Source: Candidatus Bathyarchaeota archaeon | GTDB lineage: Archaea > Thermoproteota > Bathyarchaeia > Bathyarchaeales > Bathycorpusculaceae | Reading direction: 5' to 3' | Length of the DNA stretch: 64,000 bases | NCBI GenBank assembly: GCA_963811105.1 | Contig: CAWEPZ010000010.1 | Span: forward strand, 1-64,000 | Shown: in pieces, positions 21,585 to 33,300 of the stretch | Numbering within the stretch: the stretch's first letter is position 1 | How the letters are laid out: every line of letters begins with the position of its first letter | Program-made: the position numbers and the translations under genes | Notes under the pieces: generated by a model | Told to the model about the DNA's origin: nothing | The model's database searches: none | Seen by the model: only the letters and a program-made list of their open reading frames with translations

Positions 21585-22014
21585 ACGCCTTACTCTAGAC
21601 TCCAACGTCCTTGTCGCTGCATTAAAAGCAGATGAACCTCACAGTGAAAAATGCGCACAAATACTTAGCAAGGTACCAAACAACTTCCAATTAGCTGAGC
21701 CAAGTATCATCTACCAAGAAGTGTGTGGGACTCTTGCCAGAAAAACAAACCTTGCCATAGCCAACATGGCAAAAAAGCAAATGGACCTTATGATTAATCC
21801 AAAACTGCTAACGAACTGTGACAAAACCCTATGTACCTCAGCATTTTGCTTGTGCTCAGAATATAAAATTTACACTATCGACGCAGTCTACCTACAGGTA
21901 GCTCTAACGAACAAAGCTATCATGGTTTCTCTTGACAAAGAAGACTTTGTAGAAAGACTTAAACAGAAAAAGTTGCCCATCGAAGTCTACAGTGTCTCGG
22001 ACTTTCCCTACTAA
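21568..22014 (+). CDS. vapC: PIN-domain toxin (VapC-like)
   Basis: LDSNVL, E, DAVYL and SLD PIN motifs. Confidence 0.8.
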   Translation: MKQPSRRLTLDSNVLVAALKADEPHSEKCAQILSKVPNNFQLAEPSIIYQEVCGTLARKTNLAIANMAKKQMDLMINPKLLTNCDKTLCTSAFCLCSEYKIYTIDAVYLQVALTNKAIMVSLDKEDFVERLKQKKLPIEVYSVSDFPY

Positions 22015-22025
22015 AACAACAAAAC

Positions 22026-22385
22026 TGTTTCTTTATCTGCAAGTGTCTCTAACGTTGCAAGTATCTGCTCCATCTTGATGTAAGTGCCGACCATTTCCTT
22101 GAAAAGCTTCTTTGGAATAACGATTCCTTCGTCTTTGATTTTGACTTTGCCTCCAACTGAGTGCACCTGAGTAATAGACAATTTAAGCAGTTTTTAATTC
22201 TTTTCAGACAAATCCTTAATTTCGAACAAGAGTCTCTTACTTGAAACATTATTACAACAGAAGCCAAGGTTGCTGCATAATAGAGAAAGCCTTAGTGAAC
22301 AAGAAGACCCCCCCCACTATACTTTGCATGTCGTACACCAGACAACAATCAACTCGCCTTCATCTCAAATTTTGTCAAAAGATAA
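22026..22385 (-). repeat. Inverted partial copy of the 55632..55853 antitoxin gene plus its upstream region
   Basis: Close reverse complement of ~55405-55763, truncated and frameshifted. Confidence 0.85.
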
Positions 22386-22393
22386 CAAAGTAC

Positions 22394-22457
22394 TAGAAAG
22401 TAGTTGTGCCGTCATCATTCTCCACAAACTGGGGTTAGCGAGTCCCTAAATCAGATT
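22394..22457 (+). repeat. Site X4
   Basis: TAGAAAGTAGTTGTGCCGTCATCATTCTCCA-CAAAC-TGGGGTTAGCGAGTCCCTAAA. Confidence 0.85.
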
Positions 22458-22549
22458 ACGAATTATCATGGAAAACATGTGTTCCTGCCCAGATATCAAT
22501 AGTGGGAAAACTTAAATTAGTGGAGTCATAATTTATTGTGGGAAACTCA

Positions 22550-22804
22550 ATGAGTGAAACAACCGCGAAAATAGATGAGAAAGGCAGAGTAATGATTCCC
22601 AAAAGCATCAGAAAGGCAGCCAAAATTAAGGCAGGAACATACGTTAACATCAAGGCAACAGACACAACCATAATAATAGAACACTCTGAATCTATAGCTG
22701 AAAAATATAGCGGTTTCTTCCAGATAGCTAAATGGCCTGAAGACTTGGATGAATTTATAGTGGAGGCAACTAGAAAATGGTGGACAAATCACGCCTCTAC
22801 GTAG
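22550..22804 (+). CDS. AbrB/MazE/SpoVT-family antitoxin
   Basis: KIDEKGRVMIPKSIRK motif. Confidence 0.85.
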   Translation: MSETTAKIDEKGRVMIPKSIRKAAKIKAGTYVNIKATDTTIIIEHSESIAEKYSGFFQIAKWPEDLDEFIVEATRKWWTNHAST

Positions 22805-23202
22805 ACGTAAACGTATTTGTCTACTGGCTTGGAAATCACCCAAAATACGGGCATGTAGCGTTGGACTGGATTAAGAAAATGGAAACCTCTCCACGAGGAG
22901 AATATGTTACGTCAGCTTTAACACTCTATGAAACACTAGTGATAATATGTGGCTTAACTGGCAAGAATCTGAAAGACAAGAACTTTGTGCAACAAGTCAT
23001 CAATCCGATAACGAGAATCAAAGGATTAGTTATTGAATCTCTTAGATCAGAAGACTTCAAGAAAGCTGCGGACTTGATGAATGAATGCAAACTCGACTAC
23101 GAAGACTCACTTCATCTCGCCGTAGCGATAAGAACGGGTGCACAAGAAATAATCTCAAACGATAAAGACTTTGATGCTACCCAAATCAAAAGAATTATGT
23201 AG
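22777..23202 (+). CDS. vapC: VapC PIN-domain toxin
   Basis: YVDVNVF, E, DYEDSLHLA and ISNDKDFD motifs. Confidence 0.88.
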   Translation: MVDKSRLYVDVNVFVYWLGNHPKYGHVALDWIKKMETSPRGEYVTSALTLYETLVIICGLTGKNLKDKNFVQQVINPITRIKGLVIESLRSEDFKKAADLMNECKLDYEDSLHLAVAIRTGAQEIISNDKDFDATQIKRIM

Positions 23203-23247
23203 ATAACTGCAAACGAAATATTCAATCTTAACTAAAAAGGCGAGCAA

Positions 23248-23337
23248 TTAGAAAGTAGTTGCGCCGTCATCGTTCTCCTGACCAGACCCGACGCTGCACT
23301 TGGCAAAAAACCCGGTATTCTTCTAGAGACAACAAAC
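23248..23337 (+). repeat. Left half of X (X5) fused at its spacer to the 3' part of Y
   Basis: TTAGAAAGTAGTTGCGCCGTCATCGTTCTCC followed by ACCAGACCCGACGCTGCAC...TTCTAGAGACAACAAAC. Confidence 0.75.
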
Positions 23338-23362
23338 CACTCCACAACAGAAGACGCAATAA

Positions 23363-23761
23363 TCAGTATATTTTGCACCATGTCGTTTTGAGGTTTTCGA
23401 TGTTCTTAAAGTGAGTATCATCTGAAAAAAGAGGGCACTGCTGAATTTGGGCTGTGGCTGCAATTACACTGTCAGCCATTGGAATTTGATGTTTATTTCT
23501 TAATTCAGCACTTTTTATTGCTATCTTGTAGTCAACGTCAATGACTTCAAAATCTCCCTGTATGGTGTTGCTTCTTAAGGTTGCAACGTCCTTACCTTCT
23601 TTTTTCAAAACGATGCGATGTATCTCATGAACTGTTAAAGATGAAACCATCCTTTCCTTTACTGACCTAAGTTCTTCCTTAAGTTTTCTAACAAATTCGG
23701 GGTTGTTTGAATAGAAGTACTCAACAAAAAACCGAGTGTCGTAGAGGCGTCTGTCAGGCAT
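23363..23761 (-). CDS. vapC: VapC PIN-domain toxin
   Basis: YDTRFF, E, MADSVIAATA and SDDTHF motifs. Confidence 0.88.
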   Translation of the reverse strand: MPDRRLYDTRFFVEYFYSNNPEFVRKLKEELRSVKERMVSSLTVHEIHRIVLKKEGKDVATLRSNTIQGDFEVIDVDYKIAIKSAELRNKHQIPMADSVIAATAQIQQCPLFSDDTHFKNIENLKTTWCKIY

Positions 23762-23987
23762 CTTCAGCCCTCATTTGGTCTAACAGCCTCTTTAATTCCT
23801 CTACATTAGCTTTTCCAGCGCCGCTTCCTGCGAGATCAAAGATGCTTGGGCGCTTTTTTATTACAATTCTACCTTCTTCCTCTATGACTTCTACTTTGGA
23901 GCTTTCTTCTATGCCAAACTTCCTTCTTAGCTTAACCGGGATGGTGATCTGCCCTTTCCTTGTAACTACACTTTCATTTGAAGTCAT
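23754..23987 (-). CDS. AbrB-family antitoxin
   Basis: VTRKGQITIPVKLRRKFGI motif. Confidence 0.88.
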   Translation of the reverse strand: MTSNESVVTRKGQITIPVKLRRKFGIEESSKVEVIEEEGRIVIKKRPSIFDLAGSGAGKANVEELKRLLDQMRAEDA

Positions 23988-24116
23988 ACTTAATCGAATG
24001 TACAACTAACAAAAAGTACTACTTAAGCGTTCATGCAGTTTTATGCAAACAAGTTTCTTTAACAGGGATTCAACTTTTCTATTCGCCTTTCTCAAAAAAA
24101 AGGCAATTAATTAGAA

Positions 24117-24420
24117 AAGCCAAAGAAACAGTGCTAACAATGGTAACTAGAGGATTTCGACTAGAACCAACTCTACTCGCTAGGTTAATTATCGAAATAG
24201 AAAAATATCAACTCAAAAAATAACAAATCAGCTACAAACCCAGCATAGCTCAAGTAAAACTCACAAAAGCCAAGGCGGCTGGATTAATGGAGAAACGTTA
24301 GTAAAAAAAGAAAAACCAGCTCAGTGTAGAAAGACCGTACACCAAAAAACAATCACTTTTTCTGCATTTTTTTTCTTATAAAATAACCATTTAATTAGGA
24401 AATATTAAGCAGTTGTGCCG
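24117..24420 (+). repeat. Near-identical inverted copy of the DUF3368 3' end and downstream DNA (53951-54253)
   Basis: Same KETVLTMVTRGFRLEPTLLARLIIEIEKYQLKK end plus ~190 bp of downstream non-coding sequence. Confidence 0.9.
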
Positions 24421-24595
24421 TCATCATTCTCCGTGCTTTGGAGTTGGCGAGCACCTAAACCTGACTATGCTTATCTCATTCTGCAGTAACTAGAGCACCC
24501 TTTCATTCTTGCCTTCGGCAGACGGAACATGACATTTGCAGACGCAACCAAAAAGCCCTCCAAAGCCTGTGAGGCAAAAGCAACCCAAAACAAGC
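24405..24595 (+). repeat. Site X6, linker and Y3 (truncated)
   Basis: Matches 20019-20205. Confidence 0.85.
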
Positions 24596-24817
24596 TATGC
24601 AAAAATTTTTGCAGCAAAGCTCGTCTTCATCTATTAAACTAACTTAATCAAACCTTATTGCGAAAGTTTGTAAAATGACAATCAAGGGAGTTCTCCTAAA
24701 AACCTATCTGGACTTATCTCAATTGAGTACTACTATACCCTACTACTTTAATCAACTAGAAGTATTATGGAGAAAGGTTGGGGAATGAATACCGAACTCA
24801 AGATGACTCACAATAAA

Positions 24818-25036
24818 CTAGAGTGGACCAAGCCTAACCTCTACTACCTGATTATCTAGATTGCGCTTGCCGTCTTTGAATATGATGATTGTTAGTTTGG
24901 GTATTACTATTCTTCCGTCTTTGCTTATTCTGGATAGAAAACTCTGGGGAGGCTGCCATGCTCCAAGGATGCTTACGGTTACTTCTAAGATTTGAGTTGT
25001 TTCTAGCTTATAGTGCCATATGACATGCCTCTTCAA
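24818..25036 (-). pseudogene. 5'-truncated AbrB-like DNA-binding protein (paralog of 61329..61625)
   Basis: WHYKLETTQILEVTV..SFLSRISKDGRIVIPKL; flank 24595-24724 matches the reverse complement of 61700-61825. Confidence 0.75.
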
Positions 25037-25528
25037 GTATCTGACATTTTAAGCGGGTTTAAGAGTGTCTTTTTCAAGCAAATCAACGTTTACCCCTAGT
25101 TCATCCTTGAGGAAAAGTCAAGTTCGATAATTTTGAAGAGATCATCATTGTTTGGCTCGGAGAATGTTACTAAGACATCAAAATCACTTTTTTCAGTCTT
25201 CTTTTCTCACAAAAGAACCGAAAAGGTCAAGAGTTTTTACTGTAAAATTCTTTTTAAGAACTGGATTTATAGCCTTCAATCGACGTCTTATTTCTTTTAG
25301 CGACTTCATTTTCAAATAACCCTACAAAGAATCAACATAAAGACTTTGCAATGTAACACCTACCCGCTTGTCGAGTGTTGAAGAATTCAAGGCACTTAGG
25401 ATGCTGATGGAAATAGAGAAAGCGAATGTAAGCAAAGAAGATCAACCTTCAACGGTCCAGAAAAACCGTATGCCTAAAAATAATCAGCTCTTCTCCATTC
25501 TTCATTTTTTTATGGAAATAATTAAGAC

Positions 25529-25593
25529 TTAGAAAGTAGTTGTGCCGTTATCAATCTCCACAAATTGAGTTAGGCGAGCACCTAAACTTGACT
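25529..25593 (+). repeat. Site X7 (last site of the left cluster)
   Basis: TTAGAAAGTAGTTGTGCCGTTATCAATCTCCA-CAAA-TTGAGTTAGGCGAGCACCTAAAC. Confidence 0.8.
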
Positions 25594-25699
25594 CTGTTCA
25601 AAAACAATAACTGCAAATTGCCTACCATCGACGAAATTAAGCAGTAATCAGCCTAAAACGCTGCAAAGAATTCTAATCGTTTGTTGTCTGAAAAATATC

Positions 25700-25951
25700 T
25701 TATCGGGGAAATTCAATAATTCTAATTTTTGATTCAGCAGCTTTCTCAAAAACTTGAGAAATCAATGCACCTTCAATTCTTTTAACTTCAGCATCTTTTG
25801 CGCTTCTATTTTTGTGCTCTAAAAGGTGGTTTTGGATCGCTTGGTCCATAGCCTTCAAATCAGGCAAGAAGAGAATTTCATAGCCGCATTCACACTTTAT
25901 AATCAGCAAACGAGATTTTAGTGAGTGGTTGTACACTTTTAATTCAGTCAA
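25700..25951 (-). CDS. Small CxCG zinc-finger-like hypothetical protein
   Basis: IKCECGYEILFLPDLKAM..AI..H..EH; frameshifted paralog at 29433-29640. Confidence 0.65.
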   Translation of the reverse strand: MTELKVYNHSLKSRLLIIKCECGYEILFLPDLKAMDQAIQNHLLEHKNRSAKDAEVKRIEGALISQVFEKAAESKIRIIEFPR

Positions 25952-26864
25952 AGTTGTGTCCCGAAACAGTAGTTAGCGGCTCATATTAAAAAACAGAGTT
26001 CCCAAAATAGAAATAATACTTAAAGAGAAATATTCTTGAATCAAAAGTAATAGTGTGACAACATTTTAAAACTAAAATTCACTCACCTCATGACCATGAA
26101 CGCAAAAAGTTGGCGTGAATATTGCAGACTCCAAAAACGAAGCCTATTGCGAAACGGGCTGGTCGCCAAAATTGAACAGTTACCAAGCAGTTAACAAACG
26201 GCAAAAGCAATATTAGTTATTAAAAGTTTACTGCTGTATTGTTCCGTTTAATGGAACGGTTTGATTTTGCCAAGCACTGCTATTGTTGTTGCGTTAGAAG
26301 TTGTGCTGCTATTGTGATTACGATTGCTAGTCGGACTGTTAGTCTTTTCACGATTTACGACCCGAACCAGTATCTGAGGCGCAAACTCAAAATAAAAGTA
26401 GATATGTTTCAAAGAACTTCTGAATAAGTACTTAAAAGATCAGGTATTAAAAGAGGCCATTGCGGTTTGACAAAAGACCCGGAACGGAGAGACCCTAAAC
26501 TATATCTTAATGAAATCATAAGTCGTATGAATCAGTTATGTTGATTCTTTTAGCCAAATATTCTCAGATGAATTAACCTTGCAGATTCTCCAGCAGACTC
26601 TCTCGGATGATCCTTTTTAGCTATATAATGCAAGACTTTGTTAGGGTGACAACTCTCGCTTTTGTAAATGTATTAAGGAAACATACACAACAAAGAAAAG
26701 GGCATGCTGCTTTTACTGAGTAATTAAGCTTTGATTTTGGTGGGGGCGCAATAATTCTTTCGAAAGAGAATAATCAATAAAAGTCTGTCTCAATTAGTAT
26801 GCAAGGAGTTTAATAAAAAATTGGGAGAAGAAGCAAGGTAACAAGCGTTGATGAGGCACTTCGT

Positions 26865-27518
26865 TTGTCAAAGAAATTAAGTCTTACCGATAATTCCACA
26901 ATTTTGTTTCAGGGCGACAGCATAACAGATGCAGGTAGAAAAAGCAATCACAACGGAGCACTTGGTGACGGATATGTAATGATGGCAGCATCATGGTTGT
27001 CTGCATTACTTCCAGAATATCACATGAAATTCTATAATCGTGGGATTAGCGGAAATCGAATTGGAGATCTAAGGCACCGTTGGAAAAAAGACTGTTTAGA
27101 TCTCAAACCCAATTTAGTTTCGATATTGATAGGTGTCAATGATCTCGGTTTACCTTGTTGGAAAAGCTCAACTCCCACTAAAAGCTTTCAGTCAGATTAC
27201 GCAAGCATTCTGGAACAAACTCAGCAATTAAGATGCCAAGTAGTTTTGCTAGAGCCATTTCTCGTTCAATCCAACGGGAACTTTCGTAAATTTAACGAAG
27301 AGCTAAACAAAAAAATAGAAGTAGTCAGAGAACTTTTCCGAGAATTTGATACCAAGCTAATTCCGTTGAATGATATTTTTATGAAAGCTTGCATAAAGCG
27401 AGGTTCTTCATTTTGGGCGTTTGATGGAGTACATCCAACCCTTGCAGGGCACGCTTTAATTGCACAATCATGGATTAAAGGCGTAATGGAGAACCCTGAA
27501 GCCTTTTTCAGGCAATGA
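26865..27518 (+). CDS. SGNH/GDSL hydrolase
   Basis: GDSITD, NRGISG, GVND and DGVHP motifs. Confidence 0.9.
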   Translation: MSKKLSLTDNSTILFQGDSITDAGRKSNHNGALGDGYVMMAASWLSALLPEYHMKFYNRGISGNRIGDLRHRWKKDCLDLKPNLVSILIGVNDLGLPCWKSSTPTKSFQSDYASILEQTQQLRCQVVLLEPFLVQSNGNFRKFNEELNKKIEVVRELFREFDTKLIPLNDIFMKACIKRGSSFWAFDGVHPTLAGHALIAQSWIKGVMENPEAFFRQ

Positions 27519-28282
27519 CTAATAATGAAATTTCAACGCAAACTTTGCTTTTCTTCAAGTCGGCGATTCAAATCCTGGATAGGCACTTCTTATTTCCCAA
27601 AGCCTCATATTATAGTGGACAAACAAAAAACCCGAAAGATATGGAATATTGATTTACCATAAAAACCCAACATACAACCCCAAATTAACAAATCGGCATA
27701 AAACTTGTCCTTCCACCCTCCGCAGTCCCCCCTCCACAAATCAAGTTTATCCATCAATTGTAGAGCAATGGGCCGTATTTCGTCAATGCAAAAATAAGTT
27801 TTAGCCAATTCAGAAACAAACAAACACAACTATTTGATACACCTACCAAAACAAACACAACAAAAACCAAAACAAAACAAAACAAAAAACATTCACATCA
27901 CAAAATCTACACAAGACCACCAGCTAATTTCTTCAACCTTAAGCAAGAAGACGCAGCCCAAAACACGACTGCACAAACTTTTTTAGTTCAAGTTAGTCCT
28001 AAGAGTAAAATTTGAAAAGTTGTTAACCATTCTATTGTTGAGACGTCAAAAAAATGTCAAACGAAACCTGTCCAAGAGACACTCTGCAAAAACTTGATTC
28101 AAAACATTACCTTTAACAAGTCTAAACCTACACAACACGGCCTCAATAAAGATCTTAGGTTTCTATCTTTTGTTAGTGTTTTGATATGTTACTTTTTTGG
28201 AAATAAATCTTATATGCTTTTTTTGTCGTTGCTGTTTGAGCAAAGAAAGATCATGAGCGCATGAAATTAGGTGGTGATTTGA

Positions 28283-28591
28283 ATGGTTAGCAAAGATCAA
28301 GGAATTGGCGGAGCAATACTTGCCGTTTGCGTTATTATAGCTTTAGGATTTGCATTACTAGTGATCTTTCCCGGAGAGATTTCTAAATTCTTAGGAATGG
28401 CCGCTGATGGTAATACATTAAGACTAGATGCTGTATTGGTTCTTGTTTCCATAGCATTTATTGCGATTCTAGCGATCGGTGCATGGATAGGATTTACAAT
28501 GGCAACGACATCGCCTCCAAAACCAATAGAAGAAATTTCAACTGAAATCAGCGAGAAGAAAGAAGACGAAAAAAAGGTAGGATCAACGTAG
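28283..28591 (+). CDS. Conserved small archaeal 2-TM membrane protein
   Basis: SKDQGIGG...WIGFTMATTSPPKPIEE; GGTG RBS. Confidence 0.8.
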   Translation: MVSKDQGIGGAILAVCVIIALGFALLVIFPGEISKFLGMAADGNTLRLDAVLVLVSIAFIAILAIGAWIGFTMATTSPPKPIEEISTEISEKKEDEKKVGST

Positions 28592-28959
28592 AAAGGCGTT
28601 GCAGATCAGCTAAAAAAAGGACAATTTCATGAACAGGCTGCCTGTTTTTTCTTCCTACGTTTTAAATCATTTTCTTTTACTTATTCTGCTTTGTCATTAC
28701 TATGCTTGTTTAACCTATTTTCAATTTTTCCGCCGTCGTTATTTGGCGATAAGTGCCTCTTCGATCCGTTGCCGCAGTTCGAATTCTCTAATTATCTTCA
28801 AAGTCTCCTCAGCAAGCCCTCAAAAAACGCTTCAACCTCTCCTAATGCACGAAAGAAGTGTTTCCCATGAGTGTACCAGTTCAATAGTACACAAGCGTAA
28901 GCGTTGACGTCTTCAGCGTGCAATCTCAGATGCACTTCGTTTCTTTTGCCCTTTGAGGA

Positions 28960-29100
28960 GTTTTGACGTGAAAATAAGTAATTCGAAGTGTTCATCTCGA
29001 GCTACAAGTTCTTTCTGGTTTGCTATTATGATTGCTGCTATTAGTATGTCGAATTCCCCGACCATGTAACCTTCGTTTTTGAGTTCTTTGTAGTTTTTTG
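28960..29100 (-). pseudogene. VapC PIN-domain C-terminal fragment
   Basis: YKELKNEG.MVGEFDILIAA.......LVARDEHF. Confidence 0.6.
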
Positions 29101-29432
29101 TAGTCGTGACTACGATAGTGACAGCTCTCTCAATTCGTTCTTCCTCTATCACAGCAGGCGAGCAGAAGAGAAAAACTCAGATTGCAAATAGATGACTTGA
29201 TATTGTGGGCCGTTCTCAAGAACCGAAATTTAATCTTAGCGAAAACCCGTTTGAACTTAGTCCTAAGCAAAATGTGGTTGGTGATAGAGGTTTTGGGTTG
29301 TTTTTCTAGAAATATCACTTTTGCCTCTATTTTTTTGATTTTTAAATGCTCTGTTTCTGGGTATATTTCTATTTTAGGAACCTCGCTTTTTAGGAGGTGC
29401 AGTCTGATTGGTGTTTCGAGGAAAGATTTGAG

Positions 29433-29640
29433 GTGCCAAAGGTTCATAACCACTCCTATAGTGGACGTTTGCCAGTCATAAGATGCGAATGTGGTCATGA
29501 GATTCTTGTCTTGCCTGATTCGAAGGCTATGGATCAAGCTATAGACATGTTTTGGAGCACAAGAATAAACGCGATGTCGATGCTGAGGCTGACAGAATCG
29601 AACTCGATCTGATTGCCCAAGTTCTTAATAAACTGCAGAT
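29433..29640 (+). pseudogene. Frameshifted paralog of 25700..25951
   Basis: RLPVIRCECGHEILVLPDSKAMDQAI, then a shift to LEHKNK..EADRIE.DLIAQV. Confidence 0.65.
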
Positions 29641-30322
29641 AAATCAGAGATTTAGAATGCTTGCCAAATCATAATAAGTTATGTAATATTGGAAAAATTT
29701 TTAAAAACTTTTTAGTTATTTATGTTGGGGTTGGAGCTTATAAGAACACTTAAGAAACCTCCATCTACGACTTCGCCCTTAACCGCCCATAAAAAAGGCA
29801 CTCCGCACGCATCCTCTTACAAAAGCAATCCCCGCAACAATTAGAAATTAGATAATGAAGAAATCAACCATCAAAACCCGCGACTAAACAAACCACGAAA
29901 CATAACCCGACTCCAAAAAACTACATTGGCTTTGGTTCGTCCAGTTGTTCCTTTAGCAGATAGAGATTGGGTCTGATATTTAGCTCCTCAAACTACTTCT
30001 ATTGGTCCCGAATTAGATTCGAGGCGCGCCATGTGATCAGCGATAAGATAACACAAAACGCAGCAGATGATTGAAAAACAGAAAATAAACCAATTTATCC
30101 ATCCGATAGGCCATTAAAAATCGATTCTTTTGAGTTCTAAAAGAGAATCGACTGTTGATATGTCCGAAACGCAAAGAAATAAATCCAAATTTTAATATAC
30201 AATAATCAATTACGAGAAATTATTTATCGGTCTTAATTCCGCATTAGTCAATTCAGCGGCTCCGCTCAAACTCAACTTCTAAGCGGATAAGAAAAGTCAA
30301 CAAGAACATTAGATGGAAAAGC

Positions 30323-33300
30323 ATGAAGAAACTCCAAATCCTAATAATCACACTGTTAATTTCGCTTTCAATCTGTGCACTGGCCAGTATGCCAGCCAGA
30401 GCTCAAACAAACACTTTGTCTCAATTTGTCTTTAATACTGTAAGTAGTCCTCAGACTGCTGGTTCTGCCTTCACTGTAACAATAACGGCTAAGGCTTCAA
30501 ACGGAAACACTATCACAAGTTACACTGGAACTAACACTTTAACCGCATCTTCTGGAACGATTACTCCAACAACCACATCTGCATTCGTAGCAGGCATCTG
30601 GACTGGCCAAGTAACACTCTCCCAAGCAGGAACAGGTATTTCAATCTCAACGAGCGGCGGTGGCAAATCTGGAACAACCAACAAAATTACTGTTAACCCA
30701 GGCGCTCTTGCCCGATTCATCTTTAATACTGTAAGCAGTCCACAAACCGCAGGTAAAACTTTCAGCATAATAATAACAGCCAAAGATGCAAACAGCAACA
30801 CAGTCACAAGCTACACTGGAACTAACACTTTAACGACGTCTTTAGGAACGATTAGCCAAACAAGCACTTCTGCATTTGTTGCTGGTATTTGGACGGGTTC
30901 AGTATCACTTTCTGCGTCTGGTTCAGGAATTACAATTGGAACGTCTGGTTCTTCAAAGTCTGGAATAAGCAATTCTTTTACCGTTAATGCAGGTGCTCTT
31001 GATCATTTTGTTTTCGGCAATATTGACACACAGACAGCGGGCACTGCTTTCATCATAACTATTACTGCTAAAGATTCGAGCGGCAATACAGTTACAAGTT
31101 ATACCGGAACTAACACTCTTTCTGTATCTTCAGGAACCATAAGTCCAACAAGCAGCGGGACCTTCTCCTTGGGCGTCTGGACGGGTTCAGTATCACTTTC
31201 TGCGTCTGGTTCAGGAATTACAATTGGTACATTTGGGTCTCCAAAGTCTGGAACGAGCAATTTATTCACTGTCAACGCGGTTGCTCTTGATCATTTCGTC
31301 TTTAATTCTGTTATTGGTCCTCAGACTGCTGGATCTGCCTTCAGCATAACGATAACGGCTAAGGCTTCAAACGGCAACACAATTGCGAGCTATAATGGTA
31401 GGCCGATTTTGAGTGTTTCAACTGGAAATATTAGTCCCGCTGTCACTGGCGCTTTCTCGAGTGGTATCTGGACGGGTTCAGTTACGGCAAATGGCGCTGG
31501 TTCAGGCGTTGCCATTACCGCCATTGATGGTTCTCATACTGGGACAAGTAACTCTTTTACGGTAAATTCGGGCGTTGTTAATTCATTGGTGGTTTCAAGT
31601 GGAACTTCTCAAGTTGTTGGTGTTGCTTTCTCTCTGACAGTTACAGCTAAGGATGCGTATGGGAACACTGCTACGAGCTATACTGGTAGAGTTCATTTTA
31701 GCTCTTCCGATTCTGGATCTGGGGTTAGTTTGCCAAGTGACTACAAGTTCCTATCTGCGGATCTAGGTACTCACACTTTCTCTAATGGCGCCACGTTGAC
31801 TACAGTCGGCTCTGGTATCTCGGTAACGGTTACTGATACGGTTACGACCTCAATTGCTGGTTCTCAGACTGGCATAACACTGACTCGTGCTGCGGCAGTT
31901 AATGTTGTGATTTCTCCTTCTGATTCATCGGTTACGGCTGGTTTGTCTAAGACTTTTTCGGCTACGGCTTCTGACTCATATGGCAACAATTGGGACGTAA
32001 CCGCTTCGACTTCTTGGAGTATAACTTCTGGCGCTGGCGGTTCTTGGAGCAGTAACATTTACACTTCTGCAGTTGCTGGTTCATGGACTGTTACGGGCAT
32101 TTATGTTTCTAACTCTTATACTACTGGCTTGACCGTGAATCCGGCTAGTTTAGATCACTTTGTATTTAACACCATTGCATCCCAGATTACTAGTTCTGCT
32201 TTTAGCATAACAATTATCGCTAAGGACGCGTCTAACAACACGGTTACAGGCTATACTGGCAAGCCATTTTTAACCTATTCTGCAGGGTCAATTAGTCCTA
32301 TCAATATGGATCCTTTTGTTAGCGGTGTGGGGTCGACTTCGGTTATAGTAAGTGCTGCAGGTTCAGGAGTGACAATTGGGGCAACTGACGGTTCTCATTC
32401 TGGGACAAGTAACTCGTTTATGGTGAATCCCACTATTTCAGCTTCTGCTGGTGCCGGTGGCGCCATAACTCCGACGGGAAATGTTTCTATCAATTATGGA
32501 GGCACTCAAAGCTTCAACATAACTGCGAACGCTGGTTATTACATTGCCGACGTCGTTGCAGATAACGTTTCTTTGGGTGTTGTCTCATCTTACACATTCA
32601 CTGGTGTTCAGGCTGCTCATATGATTATTGCTAACTTTGCAATTTACACATTCAATATTACTGCCTCAGCTGGAACTGGTGGTTCTATTAATCCGAATGG
32701 ATCTGTTAGCGTTAACTATAATGATACTCAAACTTACATTATAGCAGTTGACCCTGGTAATTACATAGTTGATGTCTTGGTGAATTCTAGTTCAGTTGGA
32801 GCTGTTAACTCGTACACCTTCACTAATGTTCAGGCATCATATACTATCTCGGCAACATTTGCACCAACACCGACGCTAACGCCAACACCAACTCTTTCAC
32901 CTTCACCTACAACCACTCAAACCACTGCACCTACTCCAACAACCAAACCTACAAACCCTCCTACTCCAACGCCGTCACCTACTCCAACTTCGCTGCCAAC
33001 AACTGTGTTAGCGACAATAGATGGTGGGGTAACAGTCGAGATTGAAATCGGAGGAAACATAACCAGCCTACAAATATCCAACGCTAAAATCACGTCAAAT
33101 CAACAAACCAACACAACCACATTAGCTTTCACACTCAATGGACCAAACGGGACAGCAGGTTTAGGCAATATGACTATTCCAAAAACCGCCGTCCCTTACG
33201 GAACAATCATAGTTGTTTACATAGACGACTTGCAGGCTACAAATCAAGGTTACGCGCAAGACTCCGATAATTTCTATGTTTGGTATACAACGGAATTTAG

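Noticed and set aside
20019-25593. X repeats as a CRISPR array
   Set aside because: The intervals are 0.2-2 kb and contain genes, the repeats are ~60 bp and degenerate, and no cas genes are present.
27820-27920. A/C-rich low-complexity tract
   Set aside because: No regular periodicity or structure; looks like strand-biased intergenic decay.
30400-32430. Internal DNA repeats as a diversity-generating retroelement TR/VR pair
   Set aside because: They are in-frame Ig-like domain repeats, differences are not adenine-specific, and no reverse transcriptase is present.
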